DNA from: Candidatus Peribacteraceae bacterium
GTDB taxonomy: Bacteria > Patescibacteriota > Gracilibacteria > Peribacterales > Peribacteraceae
Reading direction: 5' to 3'
DNA length: 64,000 nucleotides
NCBI GenBank assembly: GCA_028711445.1
Contig: JAQTSD010000002.1
Location: 27,044-91,043 of the forward strand
The notes below the pieces were generated by a model that did no database searches, had not been told where the DNA came from, and saw only the letters and a program-made list of their open reading frames with translations. The translations under genes and the position numbers were made by a program. Of the stretch, positions 59,841-64,000 are shown piece after piece. Every line of letters begins with the position of its first letter. Position 1 is the first letter of the stretch.

Positions 59841-62263
59841 AGCAACGTCGTCTGGAGGTGGTAGTACGGAGGACGATCCTTGTAGCGCTTGATGGCGAGC
59901 TTCATGATCTCTTCGATGAAATCGGCATAATCCATGCCGACGAGTTGGGCGCAGTCGGGAAGGTAGTCGCCAAAATTGATCGACGGATTCGGATTGAGTT
60001 CAAGCACATAGGGGTTGCCTTCTTCGTCGGTGCGGATCTCGATGCGGCCGTAATCGTGACAGTCGAGGATATTATACGTGTCCAGGGCGATCTCCGTGAT
60101 GAGCGATTCCAGCTTCTTGGGGATCTTTGCCGGCTTCTGAATGATGATGCTCTTGTAGGGTTTTTTCTCCAGCCACTTGGCATCGTAAGTGTAGATATGC
60201 CAGTAGCCTTTCGGCATGTTTTTGAAGATGGAACGTGCAAGAGGCAAGACTTTTAAATCATCCTCCTCATTGCCCAAAATGGAGACATCGTACTCGTCGC
60301 CTTCGATGTACTCTTCGACGAGTGCCGGGCTGCCGATACCGCGGATGATGTGCTCGAGCTGATCGCGGAGCTGGCGCTTGTCGGTGACGACGGATTTATT
60401 TGTGATGCCGATGGAGTTGTCGGAATTTGCCGGTTTTACGATGAGCGGGTAGCAGAGGTCTTCGCTGATGTCGTCATCCACATCGTAGGCATAGTCCCAG
60501 CGGGGAGTGGGGATGCCGTGATAGGAGAGGAGCTTCTTTACGCGGATCTTGTCTATACAGAGACTCAAAGTGAATGGGTTACTGCCTGTGTATGGGATCT
60601 GAAGAATGTCGAAAACGGAAGCGGCGTGTGGTTCTAGAAGACTTGAATCATTGATACGCTCACAAACGTTGAAGACGATATCTACGTCGGATTCTTTGAG
60701 TTGCTGGATGGCAGTCATGACATCGTTGAAGTCGAAGAATGTCACACGGTTTCCCCGTGCTTTGAGAGTCTTCTCGATTGAGTGACCGACGGCAGTGAGA
60801 TCCTGTTCCACTTCGCTATGTCCCTCATAGGTATTGCATGCGATGCCGACGTGCAGATTCTTCAGGTCTCGCTTCGAGAGCGTGCGTAGTTTTTCGATCT
60901 TCGTAAGGCTTGGGGAGATTTGTCCATTGATGAATGCCGGTGACTTGTGACGCTTACGAAGAGTTTTACCTACAGATGAGTAGCTTCGGAAAGGCGAAAC
61001 CTCGATGGTAATCTGTCGTTGCACTCGTGCCATTGCCTGTTCTGCTTCGGAGACAGTGCGTCCCGTTACGGATACCCACCCGATACTCTCGTAGCCGTCC
61101 GGTGGGACGAGGACGTTGTCGCCGACGCGCATAGCCATGAAGAGGGAGAGAAGGTTCTTCTCTTTGCGACGCACTTGTTCCACGCCGCGGATCTTCGTGA
61201 TCACACCCGAAACCTCGGGGATGAAAAAGCTGCTCACGACGTGACGCGTAGGCTCTTTGGGGATCTGCAGGACATTACGGCCGAGCGCAATGTCCACGCC
61301 AGCTTCGATGAGATCGAACTCGTAGACGTTGAGGGTGTTCTCATAGGTGTAATCACCGCCCATGCGTGAGGCAACTTCGATCACTTGAATACCATCGCGG
61401 GTTTTCTTCAGCTCGACATGTGCGAGGCTGTCGCGGACGCCGAGGACAATGAGAGCCTCCTTTGCTGCTTCTGTGAGCTCCCACTCCTCCTCATCATTGA
61501 TGCGTGACGGGATGTGGTCGCCGGTTTCCATGAAGAACGGCGGATTCATTGGTGACTTCTCGTGAATACCCACAACGTGAGGGACGCCGTGCTGAACGTA
61601 GCATTCGAGACTAAACTCATGCCCTTCGACAAATTGCTGATAGAGAAAGAGGCGCTTGTTGTAGTGATAGATAGGATCGAAAGCCGGCGTACAGTTCTTG
61701 AGGAGATAATTGTAAGCGTTTTGTGCTTCGTCCGCGTCTTCCACGAGGATGACGAACTGGCTGTCGGCACCGAAGACGGGTTTCATCACTGCCGGGAAAC
61801 CGATGGCCTGGATAGCGATGTTCAGATCAGCTTTCGTGCGAAGTAGTTGGTGAGGGATGTGTCTCAAGCCGCACTTTTTGAATTGTTCCTGCATCTTCAT
61901 CTTGTCGCGTGTGAATGTAGCTGTCTCCGAGCTGTTTCCTTGAAGCTTGAACTCTGCACAGATCTTTGCGAGCAACGGAATGTCATCTTCCCAGAAGGTA
62001 ATTGCACCATCGAAGTGTTTACCGTGGTTGGTCGCGAGGTAGGCGCGCACTGCTTCGAGCACCTCTGTGTGATTGTATGTATCTGCGATGATCCAATCAT
62101 CCACGTACGGCTGCGCCCAGTTACGTTCCTTGTGGACGGCGACAATGCGTACTTTGAGCTTGCGGAGTTTCTGGATGATGTACTTCGTGTCGTGTGTTCC
62201 AGTGTTGACGAGCAGCAGTGTTTTTTTCTCAGATGTCTCGGGCATTGTAGTGATCCTTTTCAT
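59837..62263 (-). CDS. fusion of two ATP-grasp ligase modules (L-amino-acid-ligase-like plus D-Ala-D-Ala-ligase-like)
   Basis: Module 1: FPAVMKPVFGADSQFV...QQFVEGHEFSLE...HVELKKT...VIEVASRMGG. Module 2: YPLIVKPANSDNSIGI...EEYIEGDEYDVSILG...GRIEIRTDEEGNPYVLELNPNPS. Confidence 0.8.
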   Translation of the reverse strand: MKRITTMPETSEKKTLLLVNTGTHDTKYIIQKLRKLKVRIVAVHKERNWAQPYVDDWIIADTYNHTEVLEAVRAYLATNHGKHFDGAITFWEDDIPLLAKICAEFKLQGNSSETATFTRDKMKMQEQFKKCGLRHIPHQLLRTKADLNIAIQAIGFPAVMKPVFGADSQFVILVEDADEAQNAYNYLLKNCTPAFDPIYHYNKRLFLYQQFVEGHEFSLECYVQHGVPHVVGIHEKSPMNPPFFMETGDHIPSRINDEEEWELTEAAKEALIVLGVRDSLAHVELKKTRDGIQVIEVASRMGGDYTYENTLNVYEFDLIEAGVDIALGRNVLQIPKEPTRHVVSSFFIPEVSGVITKIRGVEQVRRKEKNLLSLFMAMRVGDNVLVPPDGYESIGWVSVTGRTVSEAEQAMARVQRQITIEVSPFRSYSSVGKTLRKRHKSPAFINGQISPSLTKIEKLRTLSKRDLKNLHVGIACNTYEGHSEVEQDLTAVGHSIEKTLKARGNRVTFFDFNDVMTAIQQLKESDVDIVFNVCERINDSSLLEPHAASVFDILQIPYTGSNPFTLSLCIDKIRVKKLLSYHGIPTPRWDYAYDVDDDISEDLCYPLIVKPANSDNSIGITNKSVVTDKRQLRDQLEHIIRGIGSPALVEEYIEGDEYDVSILGNEEDDLKVLPLARSIFKNMPKGYWHIYTYDAKWLEKKPYKSIIIQKPAKIPKKLESLITEIALDTYNILDCHDYGRIEIRTDEEGNPYVLELNPNPSINFGDYLPDCAQLVGMDYADFIEEIMKLAIKRYKDRPPYYHLQTTLL

Positions 62264-62382
62264 GGTGGGGGAGAATGCAAACGTTTATTACTGTAACTAT
62301 TGTGTGCCGAATAAACAATAAAGAGCGTGCAAGAAAAAAATTTTGTGTACATGCAGCAAAATTTTTTTGCTATGGTTTCAAC

Positions 62383-63783
62383 ATGTCGCGGTTCACTTCT
62401 CGTCTCCCTCTCGGGGAGAAAAATCTTCCCGACGCACCGAAGCTCAGGCGTCTCATCGGTCCGAGTTTTATCTTACTGGGCTTGGGTCTTGGCAGTGGTG
62501 AAGTAATTCTTTGGCCGTACTTCGCCAGTAATCACGGATTAGGGATGGTGTGGGCGATCATCGTCGGTGTGACGATGCAATTCTTTATCAATATGGAAGT
62601 CGAACGCTATGCACTGATTTTCGGCGAGAGTATCTTCGTCGGATTCGCCCGCATGTTCCGTTGGCTTCCGGTGTGGTTCATTCTCTCGACGTTCTTTGGG
62701 TTCGGCTGGCCGGGTATCGGACTTGCCGGTGCGACGCTCATTGCGCAGGCGTTTGGGATAGGTGATGTTCGGCTGGTGGGGATAGTTCTCTTTCTCATCA
62801 TCGGGTGCATACTTTCATTTGGAGCGGTGCTGTATCGGACGGTGGAACGATTGCAGATGATTCTCATCGGTATCGGTGTGCCGTTCATTTTCCTCCTCAC
62901 GTTGTACTTGGTGGAGCATACGGATTTCATCGCTCTTGCGAAGGGGGCGGTGGGAGCAGGGGAGGGGTTCACCTTCCTTCCTGTTGGTGTTTCTCTTGCG
63001 ACGTTCCTCGGAGCGCTTGCGTACGCAGGGGCAGGCGGCAATCTCAATCTCGCGCAATCGTGTTATGTTCGAGACAAAGGCTACGGCATGGGTGCCTACG
63101 CACACAAGATCACGAGTCTGATCACCGGAAGGCACCGACAACAGACGTATTCGATTACTGGGAATACCTTCCCGCTCACCAAGACGAATCTCCAATCGTT
63201 TCGTCATTGGTGGCGCGCGGTAAACATGGAACACTTCCTCGTCTTTTGGGTCCTCGGGCTCTTCACAATGCTCACACTCTCTCTCCTTGCATACGCGACG
63301 ACGTATGGAATGTCCGGCAATGCGGAAGGTATCGGTTTTGTCTTGAATGAAGCGGCAGCTATCGGCGTGGCCACGATACCGTTCCTCTCTATTCTGTTTC
63401 TCTTCGTAATGGGCATCATGCTCGCTGCCACGCAGCTGACCGTTCTCGATTCCACGAGTCGCATCATGACGGAGAATATTCTGCTTCTACGACGCACACC
63501 CAGTGCCAATGTTTCGCGTACGTATTATCTTATCCTCTGGTTACAGATTCTTTTCGGCATCGCGGTCTTCTCTGCGGGCTTCGATCAGCCGCGCGACCTG
63601 ATCGTGCTCGGCGCCGTCATCAATGCCTTCACCATGTTTTCGTACACGGGCTTGCTCCTCTTTCTCAATAACCGGTTCCTTCCTGCAGCACTGCGGCCGC
63701 ACCCTGTACGTAGCCTGGTCCTTGTTGCGACCTTCCTCTTCTTCGGTGTGTTTTGTACACTGACAGTGCTGTCGTACATATAA
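62383..63783 (+). CDS. Nramp-family-like divalent metal transporter
   Basis: ~11 TM segments. LIGPSFILLGLGLGSGEVILWP...MQFFINMEVERYALIFGESI resembles distant Nramp/MntH-related proteins. A TGc-TATGGT box ends 6 nt before the ATG at 62383. Confidence 0.6.
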   Translation: MSRFTSRLPLGEKNLPDAPKLRRLIGPSFILLGLGLGSGEVILWPYFASNHGLGMVWAIIVGVTMQFFINMEVERYALIFGESIFVGFARMFRWLPVWFILSTFFGFGWPGIGLAGATLIAQAFGIGDVRLVGIVLFLIIGCILSFGAVLYRTVERLQMILIGIGVPFIFLLTLYLVEHTDFIALAKGAVGAGEGFTFLPVGVSLATFLGALAYAGAGGNLNLAQSCYVRDKGYGMGAYAHKITSLITGRHRQQTYSITGNTFPLTKTNLQSFRHWWRAVNMEHFLVFWVLGLFTMLTLSLLAYATTYGMSGNAEGIGFVLNEAAAIGVATIPFLSILFLFVMGIMLAATQLTVLDSTSRIMTENILLLRRTPSANVSRTYYLILWLQILFGIAVFSAGFDQPRDLIVLGAVINAFTMFSYTGLLLFLNNRFLPAALRPHPVRSLVLVATFLFFGVFCTLTVLSYI

Positions 63784-64000
63784 TGAGAAGGCGGGGCCTA
63801 TCATCTGTCGGATGAACAGAGAAAACGGAAAAATAAGTGTGGAAGCAGCATTGTATGGATATTTGTCATATTAATTATAAATTGCAAAATATAATCTTTT
63901 TACCTGTTTCTCTATTGTCTGTCCACTCCCGACACTTGAGGTTTTCCGGGGGCGCGCCTACCTTCACCCTCCTATTTCCACATCATCCTATGTTTCATCG

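Overview
GC-rich bacterial chromosome segment that uses the standard genetic code: TGA, TAA and TAG all terminate recognisable genes. Operons are compact. Many genes lack a Shine-Dalgarno sequence and instead have a TGn-extended -10 box 6-8 nt upstream of the ATG, so they are probably leaderless. The family mix (DUF5320/DUF134 thiol-redox cluster, archaeal-type ProRS, giant orphan membrane proteins, GTCATCCTGAGC-type intergenic motifs) suggests an uncultivated lineage, perhaps CPR/Peregrinibacteria-like; this cannot be shown from sequence alone. Core genes: zupT (partial), the thiol-redox cluster, dedA, a cold-shock protein, an rlmI-like methyltransferase, an atypical uvrC, a GT2 glycosyltransferase, rplY, a DUF3048 protein, hpf, four consecutive orphan proteins (one of 1507 aa), a Cas4-like nuclease, proB-proC-proA-proS, a degenerate membrane-pyrophosphatase homologue, ppnN and pyrG-pyrD-pyrK. 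Accessory content: (i) a ~10.7 kb segment bracketed by pyrK and a diverged second copy of the pyrK 3' half. It carries an M20 peptidase, a phosphonate-type cluster (PEP-mutase-like, split TPP decarboxylase, aldehyde dehydrogenase, P-loop orphan, ATCase, HAD), an otsA/otsB fusion and an ICMT-family methyltransferase. (ii) Two copies of a self-contained mini-gene (promoter, 16-18 codon Gly/Cys-only ORF, terminator). I consider this the most novel item. (iii) tRNA-Glu followed by a visibly lower-GC ~9 kb defence island: type III R-M in res-mod order, a Zn-ribbon ORF, and a Rad50/RloC-like ATPase with a small partner ORF. (iv) A DUF333 lipoprotein / MFS / methyltransferase / double ATP-grasp operon, divergent from an Nramp-like transporter. 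I saw no rRNA, CRISPR array, integrase or transposase. All functional calls come from motif recognition by eye. No database search was run.
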